Source of the DNA: an archaeon
GTDB taxonomy: Archaea; Nanobdellota; Nanobdellia; SCGC-AAA011-G17; GW2011-AR17
Reading direction: 5' to 3'
Assembly (NCBI GenBank): GCA_018692925.1
Contig: JABHLH010000002.1
Span: 38,576-102,575 of the forward strand
Length of the DNA: 64,000 nt
Position 1 is the first letter of the stretch. Each line of letters opens with the position of its first letter. Below the pieces are notes generated by a model, which worked only from the letters and a program-made list of their open reading frames with translations, did no database searches and was not told the DNA's origin. The translations under genes were made by a program, and so were the position numbers. This document shows positions 36,933-47,249 of this stretch, piece after piece.

Positions 36933-37760
36933 TTATTTTAGTGCCTTTAATGCAGCACTTCCATCTTTCATGTTCTTCCATGCCATATTATACATGCCAC
37001 TTAATGCAGAAGCGAAGTATGGTGTATTAGCCCAGATACCTACATCATAACTTGGATGTACTTCTTTATCGTCCATAACCATAAACATTACTTCTTTATC
37101 ATCAACAACACAGAATCTAGCATTAATTTTATCTACTGCTCTAACTTTAGCAAAACTCATAAGGTCTTTTGCAACAGCTGCACTTTCTTTTGTCATAGGT
37201 GCTGCTACTCTTACATCTACTCCTCTCTTTGCTAAACTTTGTAAAGTACTTTTTAGAGCTTCAGATTTTCTTGCCAGTCCTTCAGCAGAAGTCATTAAGA
37301 TTACACTTTTTTTTGCACTCTTAATCATTGTATCCATATGTGTATAAACATTATGTCTACCTCTTAGTGCTCCAGAAAGATCAGAAGGTTCAATAAATTC
37401 TACACCTTGTTTAAACAATGTATCTAATTCTCTAAGTAACTCTCCACCTTTCAAGTTATCTAACTTTTTCACATGGTATTTAGCTTCTTTTTGAACAATT
37501 TTTTTTGACCTGTCAACAACTTCTTGTGGTTCAACAGCAATATAGTTCAAAGGTTTTCCTAACTTCATTACAATAAAACCTTTTTTTTCCAAGCTTTCTA
37601 AAACATCATATGTTCTACTTCTTGGTACGTCTGCAATTTCAGAAAGCTCTCCTGCAGTTGATACACCTCTTGATAATAGTGCGGTCCAAATTCTTACTTC
37701 ATATAAATTTAGGCTAAAAAGTTGTCTCAACTTATTTAAAAAATCTTCTTTAACGATCAT
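36933..37760 (-). CDS. trmB: TrmB-family transcriptional regulator
   Basis: N-terminal wHTH LYEVRIWTALLSRGVSTAGELSEIADVPRSRTYDVLESLEKKGFI plus a C-terminal effector domain. Confidence 0.8.
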   Translation of the reverse strand: MIVKEDFLNKLRQLFSLNLYEVRIWTALLSRGVSTAGELSEIADVPRSRTYDVLESLEKKGFIVMKLGKPLNYIAVEPQEVVDRSKKIVQKEAKYHVKKLDNLKGGELLRELDTLFKQGVEFIEPSDLSGALRGRHNVYTHMDTMIKSAKKSVILMTSAEGLARKSEALKSTLQSLAKRGVDVRVAAPMTKESAAVAKDLMSFAKVRAVDKINARFCVVDDKEVMFMVMDDKEVHPSYDVGIWANTPYFASALSGMYNMAWKNMKDGSAALKALK

Positions 37761-37917
37761 GTTTTTTTCCCTCCAAGGGTAATCCCCTTTTTACAATTCC
37801 CCAATGATGTTACGTATTGTTACTGTAACAGACAACAATAATGGACACTGATATATAAACTTATCTGTCACAAGTAGTAAAAACAGAAAGTTTTCACCAA
37901 AGTCTTGAATGAAAATT

Positions 37918-39648
37918 TCATTTTTTTTGATCTTTATAGAACTTTTTCACTTCTTCTAAACTCGAAATTTCGTCGACACCTTTGTCTTCTCTTAACATAT
38001 GTACTCTTGGGAATCTTAAAGCAAAACCTGAAGAATAACTTGGTGATGCTTGTATTTCTTCATAAAGAATTTCTAAAACTACTTCCTTTTTTACCTTTAC
38101 AGCTCTTCCTTTTTCTGATATGATTAATTTTTTTAACTGATTAGTTAATTCTTCATAACTAACTCCTTCTTCACTTTTTTCTTTTATTCCTGTACCAACT
38201 TTTCCTATTTCTAAAAATTTATTTCCATCTCTACATGCAACTGTAAAACTACTCAACCACTTTGCTCTTTTACCTTCACCCCATTCTGCTTCAACAATTA
38301 CTAAATCTAAGGGTTCCATTACAGGTTTTATTTTTACACCTTGTCCAACTCTCTTTCCAGGCTTATACATTCCTTCAACACTTTTCATCATCACTCCTTC
38401 AAACCCTTTATCTAAACAATCTAAATAATACTTCTCAGCTTTTTTCAAATCATCACAAAGAATATGTTCTAAAATTTCAATTTCATTTTCTTTATTTCTT
38501 ACAACTGCTTTCAATCTTTTCTTTCTTTCTTCTAATGGAAATTTAATTAAATTTTCTCCATTCAGTTCAATAACATCAAATACATTAATCATTACTGGTA
38601 ATTCTTTTGCAACTTTTTCAATATCATATTTCCTTCTAATTCTTTGAGAAATTTTTTGAAATGGGACTGGCCTTTTTGTATCTTTATCAATTCCCACAAC
38701 TTCTGTATCTAAAATTACATTCTTTGATCTTACATTTTCCTTTACAGCTTTTATTACATCTGGAAATTGTTTACTTACATTTTCTAATCTTCTTGTAAAT
38801 AATTTTACTTCATCTTTATTTCTATGAATTTGAACTCTGAATCCATCAATTTTTGCTTCAATCATTGCAGGTTTTCCAACCATTTCAAAACCTTCTTCAA
38901 TATCTTTTGCCTTAGGATATAGCATAACTTTTATTGGCTTTCCTACTTTCAATGTTAATTCTTCTAAACCTTTTCTTCCTTTTTCATTCAAGAAAATTGC
39001 AATTTCTCCAAAATCACTTGTAACATCAAATGATTCTTGTACTTCTTTTGCATAAATTTTATATTCTTCTCTATCCTTATCTTCTAAAATTATTTCTTTT
39101 GCACCTTCGTAATAAGTCCATACTAATGCATCTCTTACTAAACTATCTCCTATTCCACTTCTCAAAGTTTCAGCAACAGTTCTCACAATATACTTTGCTT
39201 CTAATGCACTTGCAGAACTTAACAACTCAGCTACCAAACCAACTTTTCTATTAACTGTACCTTCACCTTCCATTTCAGTTAACTTAGAAATATTATCTAC
39301 AACCTTCTTTAAACTTAAACTTTTACTAAACAATGTATTTTGTTTTTTATTCACCATTAACTTTTCAGCAACTAAACCTAAATCACCTTCTGTGTTCCAT
39401 AAATTTTCAATTTTATTTGTACTCTCACCACTTGCTTTTTCAATAACTTTCAATAATGATCTTGAACTCATTCCAATTTTTTTTTCATCCCATTGAGGAA
39501 AAACTCTTCCTTGCAACAAATAGATTACACTTTTCAAATCTTCTTTTTTAATATTTTTTAAAAATCCAGACAAAATTTTAGTCTTTTCTATTCTCTTAGA
39601 ATTATTTTCAATTTCTTCATATAGCTTTGCTAATATTAAATATTTCAT
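37918..39648 (-). CDS. lig: ATP-dependent DNA ligase
   Basis: Adenylation motif I KIDGFRVQIH and the downstream motifs. 576 aa. Confidence 0.9.
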   Translation of the reverse strand: MKYLILAKLYEEIENNSKRIEKTKILSGFLKNIKKEDLKSVIYLLQGRVFPQWDEKKIGMSSRSLLKVIEKASGESTNKIENLWNTEGDLGLVAEKLMVNKKQNTLFSKSLSLKKVVDNISKLTEMEGEGTVNRKVGLVAELLSSASALEAKYIVRTVAETLRSGIGDSLVRDALVWTYYEGAKEIILEDKDREEYKIYAKEVQESFDVTSDFGEIAIFLNEKGRKGLEELTLKVGKPIKVMLYPKAKDIEEGFEMVGKPAMIEAKIDGFRVQIHRNKDEVKLFTRRLENVSKQFPDVIKAVKENVRSKNVILDTEVVGIDKDTKRPVPFQKISQRIRRKYDIEKVAKELPVMINVFDVIELNGENLIKFPLEERKKRLKAVVRNKENEIEILEHILCDDLKKAEKYYLDCLDKGFEGVMMKSVEGMYKPGKRVGQGVKIKPVMEPLDLVIVEAEWGEGKRAKWLSSFTVACRDGNKFLEIGKVGTGIKEKSEEGVSYEELTNQLKKLIISEKGRAVKVKKEVVLEILYEEIQASPSYSSGFALRFPRVHMLREDKGVDEISSLEEVKKFYKDQKK

Positions 39649-39684
39649 TAGAAACTATTATAAATTCATAAATATATAAGAGTT

Positions 39685-40743
39685 TTGATGGCTTTATACG
39701 ATCTTATTCCTACTACTCTTATTATGCCTATAATGGTTGGGGTAATTATTGCAATTATAGTAATTTCTTACAAACTTGGTATCATTCAAATTTTATTCAA
39801 AATTATTTTTTTCCCTATTACATTAATCTGGGAATTATTAGGTTTATCTAAAGATGCATCTTCTGTTTCAAGCTATAGTGAAAAGTCTTCTAAAAGTTTA
39901 TTGAGTTCATTAGTAGAAGCTTTTGAAAGAGATAAAGTAGAAGAGGATTTAGAAAACTTAGAAGGTCCTCAAGATCAAAAAATTGGAAAAGAAACTGGTG
40001 AAGCTGAACAACTCTCTTCTGATTTAGAACAAGAACTTGCTAAAGATACTGCAGCTGATCCCGATAAAATAAACAATTTTAAAGAAAGCTTAAGAACAAC
40101 TCTTGATAGTTTAACTTCTGAAATCAAACAAGAAGATCAGAATTTCACTTTATTAAAAAAACAATATCTTTATGATTTAAAACTTTCTAGAAAATCCATT
40201 AAAGTTACAAGGAAACAATTAAGTGGTGAAAAAATTGAAGAAAAATTTATTGGTGAATCTCTAGAAACTTTAAAGGGTTCAGAATATGAAAATACTAATA
40301 TGTTAGGTGATTTAAATCAAATTATAGGAAAAATAAAAAAATCAGAGGAAGAGATTTCTGCACAGAGTAATAAAATTAGTGCAATTTCAAAAGTTTTAAT
40401 ACAAAATTCTTCACAAAGACAAACTTTAAGTCATGATATTTTAAAACTTTCTGAAAAAGCAAATAAATTAATTAATGATGAAATCACTGAAGAAAATGTT
40501 GGTACTGTTCGTTCTATACTTGAAGAAATTAGAAATAAAAGAAAAGCTTTATCATCATTTAGAAAAAATATTCAAAAATTTGATGTTGAAAAAGAATTAG
40601 TTTTGAAAAATTTAATAACTATTAGTTCAAATGCTGTAGGATTTATACAAAATCAAAAAGATATAGTTGGAAAATTATCTTCTTTAGTTCAAAGTGTAAA
40701 AGCTGCAAAAGAAAAAATGGAAAAAGCAAAATCAGCAGCGTAA
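39685..40743 (+). CDS. Membrane-anchored coiled-coil protein, hypothetical
   Basis: N-terminal TMs followed by about 280 aa of heptad-like acidic/lysine sequence. Confidence 0.4.
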   Translation: MMALYDLIPTTLIMPIMVGVIIAIIVISYKLGIIQILFKIIFFPITLIWELLGLSKDASSVSSYSEKSSKSLLSSLVEAFERDKVEEDLENLEGPQDQKIGKETGEAEQLSSDLEQELAKDTAADPDKINNFKESLRTTLDSLTSEIKQEDQNFTLLKKQYLYDLKLSRKSIKVTRKQLSGEKIEEKFIGESLETLKGSEYENTNMLGDLNQIIGKIKKSEEEISAQSNKISAISKVLIQNSSQRQTLSHDILKLSEKANKLINDEITEENVGTVRSILEEIRNKRKALSSFRKNIQKFDVEKELVLKNLITISSNAVGFIQNQKDIVGKLSSLVQSVKAAKEKMEKAKSAA

Positions 40744-40775
40744 CTTTTATATATCCCCTTTTCCATTAAAATCAT

Positions 40776-41384
40776 ATGCAATTCAAAAAAGTCTTTTTAG
40801 GTAGAAGATCTATTCGAAAATATAAGGATAAAAAAATACCTTTATCTGTTATTGGTGAAATCTTAGACTTAGCAAGATTTTCTCCTTCTGCAGGAAACTT
40901 ACAAAATTGGAAATTTTTAGTTGTTACTGATGTTAACAAAAAAAACTCAATAGCTGAATCTTGTTTTCAACAATATTGGATGACTTCAGCTCCTGTAATA
41001 ATAATAATTTGTAATGATTACAGTGATGTAAAAAAACATTATGGGAAACTAGGTCAAATGTTTAGTATTCAAAATTGTGCAAATATTGCTTTTGCAATTG
41101 AATTAATTGCTTATGATTTAGGTCTATCTTCTTCTTGGGTTGGTGCTTTTGATAATGAAGCTTTACATAGAGACTTTGATATTCCTGAGAACATGGATCC
41201 AGAAATAATCTTAACTCTAGGTTATGCAGACGAAGTAAAAAAACCTTCAAATAGAAATGATTTAAAATATATTACTTTCTTTGAAAAATGGGGGGAAAAA
41301 TTTGCACAAGTTCCTTCACATTTAGATCAATTTAAAGAATTTACAAACATTAAGAAACATATTAAAAAATTAAAGAAAAAATAA
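40776..41384 (+). CDS. Nitroreductase-family protein
   Basis: RRSIRKYKDKKIPLSVIGEILDLARFSPSAGNLQNWKFLVV. Confidence 0.8.
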   Translation: MQFKKVFLGRRSIRKYKDKKIPLSVIGEILDLARFSPSAGNLQNWKFLVVTDVNKKNSIAESCFQQYWMTSAPVIIIICNDYSDVKKHYGKLGQMFSIQNCANIAFAIELIAYDLGLSSSWVGAFDNEALHRDFDIPENMDPEIILTLGYADEVKKPSNRNDLKYITFFEKWGEKFAQVPSHLDQFKEFTNIKKHIKKLKKK

Positions 41385-41389
41385 AAAAA

Positions 41390-41599
41390 TTATTTTGCTT
41401 TTGGTGCGTGTTTTTTGATACTCAAAGGAATCACACCTTTTTCAAGCTCTCTTTTTGCAATAATAATTGGATTATATTTTATATTTTCCAATTCCTTTTT
41501 TGATAACTTTACCAAAACAGGTGCACCCATTGCAAGTTGCAAAGCTCTAGCTCCAATAATTCGTGCTCTTTCATATTTAGTCATACTATCTATGTTCAT
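41390..41599 (-). CDS. rpoK: DNA-directed RNA polymerase subunit K (Rpo6)
   Basis: TKYERARIIGARALQLAMGAPVLV. Confidence 0.8.
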   Translation of the reverse strand: MNIDSMTKYERARIIGARALQLAMGAPVLVKLSKKELENIKYNPIIIAKRELEKGVIPLSIKKHAPKAK

Positions 41600-42369
41600 T
41601 TTTTGAAATGCCCTCTTATATCCTTGGTTGTTTTAAATGCAAGTTCAACAGCTTTTTCAATTTCATCAGCCAGCAAAGGTTCATCTTTTCCTTTTTGCAT
41701 TGCACAGATTTTATCATCTTCTGTGAATACTACTGTGATTCTTGAATTAGAAGCAGACTCTTCTTCAACACTTGGATCAACTAATAGTTCATTACCAACT
41801 TTCCAAACAGTACAACTGATTGGTAATTTTTGTAAAGGTAATGGTGTTTTAGTTTTTGTTGAATAATCTACTTTACCATTTTCTATACTTGGGAAAACTG
41901 CATCTCTTATTGCTGCCATAGCTGCAATAGTACAAGCATCAAATAAATTTCCTGCTGAATTTATTGGATATATATCAATAAAGACTAACCAAACTTTTCC
42001 ACTTGCTTTATCATACAATCTTTTGAAGTCAATAGCGCCACATTCTCTAATTCCTCTATCTGTAACTCTTGACAATTCGATTGCATTTATATTTGGTGGA
42101 CCAGATTCATATTTTGCAGATGATAAAGGTGTTAATTCTACATTTACCATAATACTTCCTTGATCTGGTTTATCTGGATAAGGTTCACCTAAGTCTAATT
42201 TAACTCCAGCAATTACTTCTGTCTCTCCAATTTTTACTCTTGCAGAACCTTCAGCTGATTTTTTAGAAATTCCATATTCAATTGATAAATTTCTATACTC
42301 ATCGAACTTTCTTCCATCCATTCTTTTTCCAAGTTTACTTAAAGATTGTACATATTCTTCTGTTATCAT
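41596..42369 (-). CDS. rrp42: Exosome complex component Rrp42
   Basis: RNase PH-like inactive subunit. 4-nt overlaps with both neighbours. Confidence 0.85.
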   Translation of the reverse strand: MITEEYVQSLSKLGKRMDGRKFDEYRNLSIEYGISKKSAEGSARVKIGETEVIAGVKLDLGEPYPDKPDQGSIMVNVELTPLSSAKYESGPPNINAIELSRVTDRGIRECGAIDFKRLYDKASGKVWLVFIDIYPINSAGNLFDACTIAAMAAIRDAVFPSIENGKVDYSTKTKTPLPLQKLPISCTVWKVGNELLVDPSVEEESASNSRITVVFTEDDKICAMQKGKDEPLLADEIEKAVELAFKTTKDIRGHFKK

Positions 42370-43073
42370 TTTTTTGCCTCCGTATATTTAGCTTTCAAGG
42401 CATTTTTTTGTACCTCAAGAATTTGGTCACATCCTTTGATAGCAAAGTCAACACATTTTTTCAAATCTTCTTTACTAATTTCTCCATCAAGTTGTAACAA
42501 AGTAACTTCTCCAGTTCTAGGAATAATAGCCATTGGAATGTCTACTGCTCCACCTTCAAAGTCTTCTTCTTGCTTATCTAAATCTAAAACAACTTTATCT
42601 CCAATTAGTCCAGCTGAAATTGCACAAACTAAGTCTTTCATTTCAAAACCTGCATCTGCTAATGCTAATGAAGCTGCACAAATTGCTGCACATCTTGTTC
42701 CTGCATCAGTTTGAATTAATTCCACATGAACATCTACTACGCTCTTTGGGAAATCTTGCAAATCTAAAACAGGTAATAAAGATTTTTCCATAACCATACT
42801 AATTTCTTTACTTCTTCTACTTGTTCCTGGTCTTACTCTATCTCCAGCTCCTGAAAAAGCCATCATATTATAATGACATCTTAATACTCCAGATTTTGGA
42901 TTTTGTAAAAACTTTGGAAACAAATCTTTAGGTCCATAAACTGCTGCAATAGCGATTGTTTTTCCAATTGTAAAACTTGCAGATCCTACAGCATTTTTAA
43001 CAACACCTACTTCAGCACTCATTGGTCTCATTTCTTCAAACTTTCTACCGTCATATCTTTTTTCGTATTTCAT
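42366..43073 (-). CDS. rrp41: Exosome complex exonuclease Rrp41
   Basis: RNase PH domain (RYDGRKFEEMRP...GSASF). Confidence 0.9.
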   Translation of the reverse strand: MKYEKRYDGRKFEEMRPMSAEVGVVKNAVGSASFTIGKTIAIAAVYGPKDLFPKFLQNPKSGVLRCHYNMMAFSGAGDRVRPGTSRRSKEISMVMEKSLLPVLDLQDFPKSVVDVHVELIQTDAGTRCAAICAASLALADAGFEMKDLVCAISAGLIGDKVVLDLDKQEEDFEGGAVDIPMAIIPRTGEVTLLQLDGEISKEDLKKCVDFAIKGCDQILEVQKNALKAKYTEAKK

Positions 43074-43807
43074 TTTTTAGTCTCCTCATTGTTACTCACT
43101 TTCTTTTCGACCTTCAAATCTTTACATTTACCTTCTAAGAATTTTTTCATATAATCTGTTAATCCTCTTATATGAGCTTTTTCTTCTACTAAGTTAACTG
43201 CTTCTGTTGCAATTCTTTCTGCTTCAGATGTTTTTCCTTTGATCCAGATTCTTCCATTTTGTCCTGCAAAAACTGAACATCCTGTCATATCTTTAATCAT
43301 AGAAATCATACTTCCTTGCTTTCCAACTAATCTTGGAACTTTCGCAGGTGTAATCTCAACAATCTTACCGCCTCTTAACTTTCTTAAACCTGGACCTACC
43401 ATTGTCAAATCGATATTATTATCTTTTGTAACATTTGTAATCCTTGTTAAGATAGCATCTGAAACTGCATAAAAATCGCTTAAGCTTGCTCCTCTTTCAA
43501 TGTAACTTGAACTCGCATCTTTTAATGAAAGACTTGCATCGTATGCATATCCAATATTAATGAACCAACTACTGTATGTCATATCTCTAACATAACCAAT
43601 AACTGTGTCATCTTTTTTCGGAATATATCTTCCACTTAACGGAACTATGTTAATAATACTTCCATTTACATACACGAGACCAACTCGTGATGCTATAACT
43701 TTCTCACCTTCTCTAAAGGCACCTTTTCCAGGTAAATGATCCATTCCCTCAGCTAAAATTTCACCTGGGATAACCACTGCCTTTGCTTCTACTAATAATT
43801 TACTCAT
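43070..43807 (-). CDS. rrp4: Exosome RNA-binding subunit Rrp4 (S1 plus KH)
   Basis: N-terminal domain, S1 and a KH-like C-terminus (MIKDMTGCSVFAGQNGRIWIKG). Confidence 0.85.
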   Translation of the reverse strand: MSKLLVEAKAVVIPGEILAEGMDHLPGKGAFREGEKVIASRVGLVYVNGSIINIVPLSGRYIPKKDDTVIGYVRDMTYSSWFINIGYAYDASLSLKDASSSYIERGASLSDFYAVSDAILTRITNVTKDNNIDLTMVGPGLRKLRGGKIVEITPAKVPRLVGKQGSMISMIKDMTGCSVFAGQNGRIWIKGKTSEAERIATEAVNLVEEKAHIRGLTDYMKKFLEGKCKDLKVEKKVSNNEETKK

Positions 43808-43820
43808 TTTTTATTTTCTC

Positions 43821-44522
43821 CTATATTTTTTTCAATATCTTTAAATCAAAATCACCTTTTGTCAATTTGCTAACTTCATTTTCTAATTCTTCTTGTATTC
43901 CTGCTGGAATTCCAAGTACAACTTTCAAACTTCCATCATCTAACCAATCATCTTTTAACATTTTGCCTAGTCTTTTTAAGATTCCATATGAGGAACCTGC
44001 ATATTGTCCAGGTATAACTATTTCAATTTCTCTTGTTTCAACCTTTAATGGAATTAAAGATCTTATTTGATCCATCACTTCTTGCATTTGATCTTCAGCA
44101 GATTTGAACTCATCAATTCTAACTTTTGCTTCTTGTATTGCATTCTCTATTCTATCTCTAGGATGAGGTGCTCCACTTTGCGGATTAATTGCATTTCTAT
44201 GAATCATTTCAACAATTTTTTTCTTTTTATTTTCTCTTAACTTATTTTTATGTTCAGTTGTTAATTGTACTTCACCTTTCTTAATTATCTGTGCAGCAAT
44301 TTCGTCAACATTGTCTGTATGAAAAGCTTTTTTGATATCAATATCTGTAGCTCTTTCACTTTGTTTAACATCACTAAAGATTTCTTTAGTTGCAAGAACA
44401 TCTTCTAAGCTTTCAATTTTACCTTCTCTAAATTCAATTGCTTTATCACAATCTACCATAACTTCGAAAGTCTTTCCTTCTTTTTTTATTCTTGCAATTA
44501 CTGCTTCATCGACTCTTACCAT
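43821..44522 (-). CDS. Ribosome maturation protein SBDS/Sdo1
   Basis: MVRVDEAVIARIKKEGKTFEVMVD N-terminus. 233 aa. Confidence 0.85.
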   Translation of the reverse strand: MVRVDEAVIARIKKEGKTFEVMVDCDKAIEFREGKIESLEDVLATKEIFSDVKQSERATDIDIKKAFHTDNVDEIAAQIIKKGEVQLTTEHKNKLRENKKKKIVEMIHRNAINPQSGAPHPRDRIENAIQEAKVRIDEFKSAEDQMQEVMDQIRSLIPLKVETREIEIVIPGQYAGSSYGILKRLGKMLKDDWLDDGSLKVVLGIPAGIQEELENEVSKLTKGDFDLKILKKI

Positions 44523-44523
44523 T

Positions 44524-45228
44524 TTATCCCTTCAATTTTCTCCTATCCATTTTTTTATACTTCTTATCACTTAGTCCAATGTATGCTCCATCTAATCTTT
44601 TCAAATCAAATTCTTTTCCAAGAACTTTTTTCAATGCTTTAACAGACAATTTAATTGCTTCATCCATTGTAATATCTTCTCTATAATCTTTTCTTAAAAC
44701 ATTTTTTACACTATCTGCTCCTTCTCCAACTGCTGTTGCTCTATACTCAAAGAAAATTCCTGTTGGTTCTGTTACAAACAATCTTGGTTTTTCATCAACA
44801 CCAGCAAATAAGATAGAAACTCCAAAAGGTCTTGCTCCACCATATTGTGTAAATGATTGTTTTATGTCTGATAGTTCTTTAACTAACATTGATGTTTCAA
44901 TTTGTGTATTGTATGTTACTTGATTTTGTTGTGCAATTACTTGCGCTCTTCTAATTAAAATTCTTCCATCCATTACATATCCTGTTGCTGTAGCAGCTAT
45001 GTGTCCATCTACTTGAAATATTTTTTCGATAGATTCTGCAACAACTAAATTATCTGCAACTCTTTTGTCTGTAATTAAGATTACTCCATCGCAACATACA
45101 ACCCCTATTGCGGTTGAACCTTGTCTTACTGCTTCTTTAGCATATTCTACTTGTAATAATCTCCCATCAGGACTAAACATTGTGCTTGCCCTGTCATATC
45201 CCATCATTTGATGTGTTCCTTCTTGCAT
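44524..45228 (-). CDS. psmA: Proteasome subunit alpha
   Basis: YDRASTMFSPDGRLLQVEYA alpha-type signature. Confidence 0.9.
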   Translation of the reverse strand: MQEGTHQMMGYDRASTMFSPDGRLLQVEYAKEAVRQGSTAIGVVCCDGVILITDKRVADNLVVAESIEKIFQVDGHIAATATGYVMDGRILIRRAQVIAQQNQVTYNTQIETSMLVKELSDIKQSFTQYGGARPFGVSILFAGVDEKPRLFVTEPTGIFFEYRATAVGEGADSVKNVLRKDYREDITMDEAIKLSVKALKKVLGKEFDLKRLDGAYIGLSDKKYKKMDRRKLKG

Positions 45229-45232
45229 TTTT

Positions 45233-45577
45233 TTATCCCTCCATATAACATAATTTTCTTACTTTATCAACGACTCCTGAAACTCCCAGGCTTTTGATTA
45301 TGATTTTTTTACCATTGATCTCTTTGATTAAAGCTAGACTTGCTTTTAGATGATCAACATTTTTAGTACTAACACGTACTATTCCTTTATTATCTTTCCA
45401 GTCTTTTAGAAATAATAAACCTGCATTTGCCATACCTAAACTACCTACTAATTCTTTCATACTTGTTTCTATTGACTCCTTTACTTGTTTTAGATCTAAA
45501 CTTTCTTTAGATTCCACAACAAAGCCTACATATCTTTTCTTTTCCCTTAAACTGGGTAAAAGTGCTTTTAATTTCAT
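45233..45577 (-). CDS. RNase P protein component Pop5 (Rpp14)
   Basis: LPSLREKKRYVGFVVES block. The ORF extends to 45709, but Met45 (45577) matches the usual Pop5 start. Confidence 0.6.
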   Translation of the reverse strand: MKLKALLPSLREKKRYVGFVVESKESLDLKQVKESIETSMKELVGSLGMANAGLLFLKDWKDNKGIVRVSTKNVDHLKASLALIKEINGKKIIIKSLGVSGVVDKVRKLCYMEG

Positions 45578-45732
45578 CTTATTGAGAATTGTTTTCAACT
45601 CCTTATCTTCTCTCGTACTCCCTCTATAAAATAACTCTACTATAAAAAGCTTTTGATTGTCCAATAAACTAGTATAATACTCATATTCTACAACAGTAAG
45701 CTTTTTCAAACTAAACCTTCTCTAAACATCAA

Positions 45733-46497
45733 ATGAAGGAAAAGGGTGATAACATTTATGTAGTATTTTCTGGCCATATGTGTACTGGTAAGGATACAAT
45801 TATTGAAATTTTAGAAAAGCGAGGAAACCTTCCCAAAATTGCTGGTCCAAATGCTAAAGTTCACATTCTTTCAGAGGCTGTAAATCATGACCAAGATGTT
45901 TTGGCTTCTTTCTATAAAAATATGGAAGATACAACAGAATTCTTTGAACTAGGAACTTTATGTTTTCGTTCTGTATTAAGTAGTATCATTTCAAAAGTTA
46001 GAGGGATTGTAGTTGGTAATCGACATGTTATTGAAGCAAGACAAACTTTTGTTGAACATTCAAGATCTTTAAAAAATGAAGATAAAAGATTTTTTGATGA
46101 AACTGCAACTGGTGTTTATGACATGCTTCTCAGAAGAGCAATTGAGAAAGGAATTATTCCAATTCCTGAGATTGTATTCTTTTTATTTGTTGACGATGAT
46201 AACATTTTAATTGAAAGAAATAAGAAAAGAAATGATCCTGGTGAAAAATCTATTGATCCTGAATACATCAAAAATCTTTCAGTATATTTTGAAAATTATA
46301 GGAAAAATTTTGCTGACATTTACAATTTCTTTGGAGTTCCTGTACCTAAACTTGTAGAAATAAATACTTCTGTAGACTTATTCCAAGATGAACAAGCTTT
46401 ACAACAAATTGCGGAGCGTTGTGAAGATGAGATTAGAAAGGCTTATGCTAAGAAAAGAAGAAGTTTATTTGATTTTGACGAACAAAAACTTATATAA
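45733..46497 (+). CDS. P-loop kinase-like protein with an atypical Walker A, function unknown
   Basis: VVFSGHMCTGKDTI P-loop variant. 254 aa. Confidence 0.45.
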   Translation: MKEKGDNIYVVFSGHMCTGKDTIIEILEKRGNLPKIAGPNAKVHILSEAVNHDQDVLASFYKNMEDTTEFFELGTLCFRSVLSSIISKVRGIVVGNRHVIEARQTFVEHSRSLKNEDKRFFDETATGVYDMLLRRAIEKGIIPIPEIVFFLFVDDDNILIERNKKRNDPGEKSIDPEYIKNLSVYFENYRKNFADIYNFFGVPVPKLVEINTSVDLFQDEQALQQIAERCEDEIRKAYAKKRRSLFDFDEQKLI

Positions 46498-46520
46498 ATG
46501 ACTTATTTCCTCAAAACTCT

Positions 46521-47228
46521 ATGTTAAATATAATTGGTATAGGTCTAAATGATGAAAAAGATGTTTCAGTAAAAGGATTAGAATTAATTCAATCTTCAGA
46601 CTTCATTTACTTAGAAAATTATACTTCCAGATTACAATGTTCTTTAGAAGATTTAGAAAAATTTTATGGTAAGAAAGTTATTCTTGTCGAGAGAGAATTT
46701 GTTGAAAATGGTAAAGAAATGATTGAAAAATCAAAAACTCAAAATGTTTCTTTGTTAATCATTGGAGATGTATTCTCGGCTACAACTCACATTTCTTTAT
46801 ACCAAGATGGAATTAATGCAAAACTTGAAATAAACATTATCAACAATGCTTCAGTTTTGAATGCTGTAGGGATCACTGGTTTATCTTTATACAAATTTGG
46901 AAAAACAACTTCCATTTCTTTTCATGATTCAGAAGTACCAACAAAAGTTATCAAAGATAATTTTCCTTTACACACTCTTTGTTTACTAGATTTAACCCCA
47001 AAAGAAAATAAATTCATGGAATCTTCTACAGCAATTGAAAGATTAATTTCTCAAGGTTTAGATCCTGAGAAAAAAGTTATTGTTTGTGTTCAATTAGGTT
47101 CAAAAAATACTCAAATAATTTATTCTTCAGCTAAAGATGTAAAACCTTTAAACAAATATCCTCAATGTTTAATTATTCCTGGAGAGCTACATTTCATGGA
47201 AGAAGAATTCTTGGAAAACTTTAAATAA
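46521..47228 (+). CDS. dph5: Diphthine synthase
   Basis: Tetrapyrrole-methylase fold N-terminus MLNIIGIGLND...FIYLENYTS. Confidence 0.85.
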   Translation: MLNIIGIGLNDEKDVSVKGLELIQSSDFIYLENYTSRLQCSLEDLEKFYGKKVILVEREFVENGKEMIEKSKTQNVSLLIIGDVFSATTHISLYQDGINAKLEINIINNASVLNAVGITGLSLYKFGKTTSISFHDSEVPTKVIKDNFPLHTLCLLDLTPKENKFMESSTAIERLISQGLDPEKKVIVCVQLGSKNTQIIYSSAKDVKPLNKYPQCLIIPGELHFMEEEFLENFK

Positions 47229-47249
47229 ACTATTTACTCTAATTATTTT

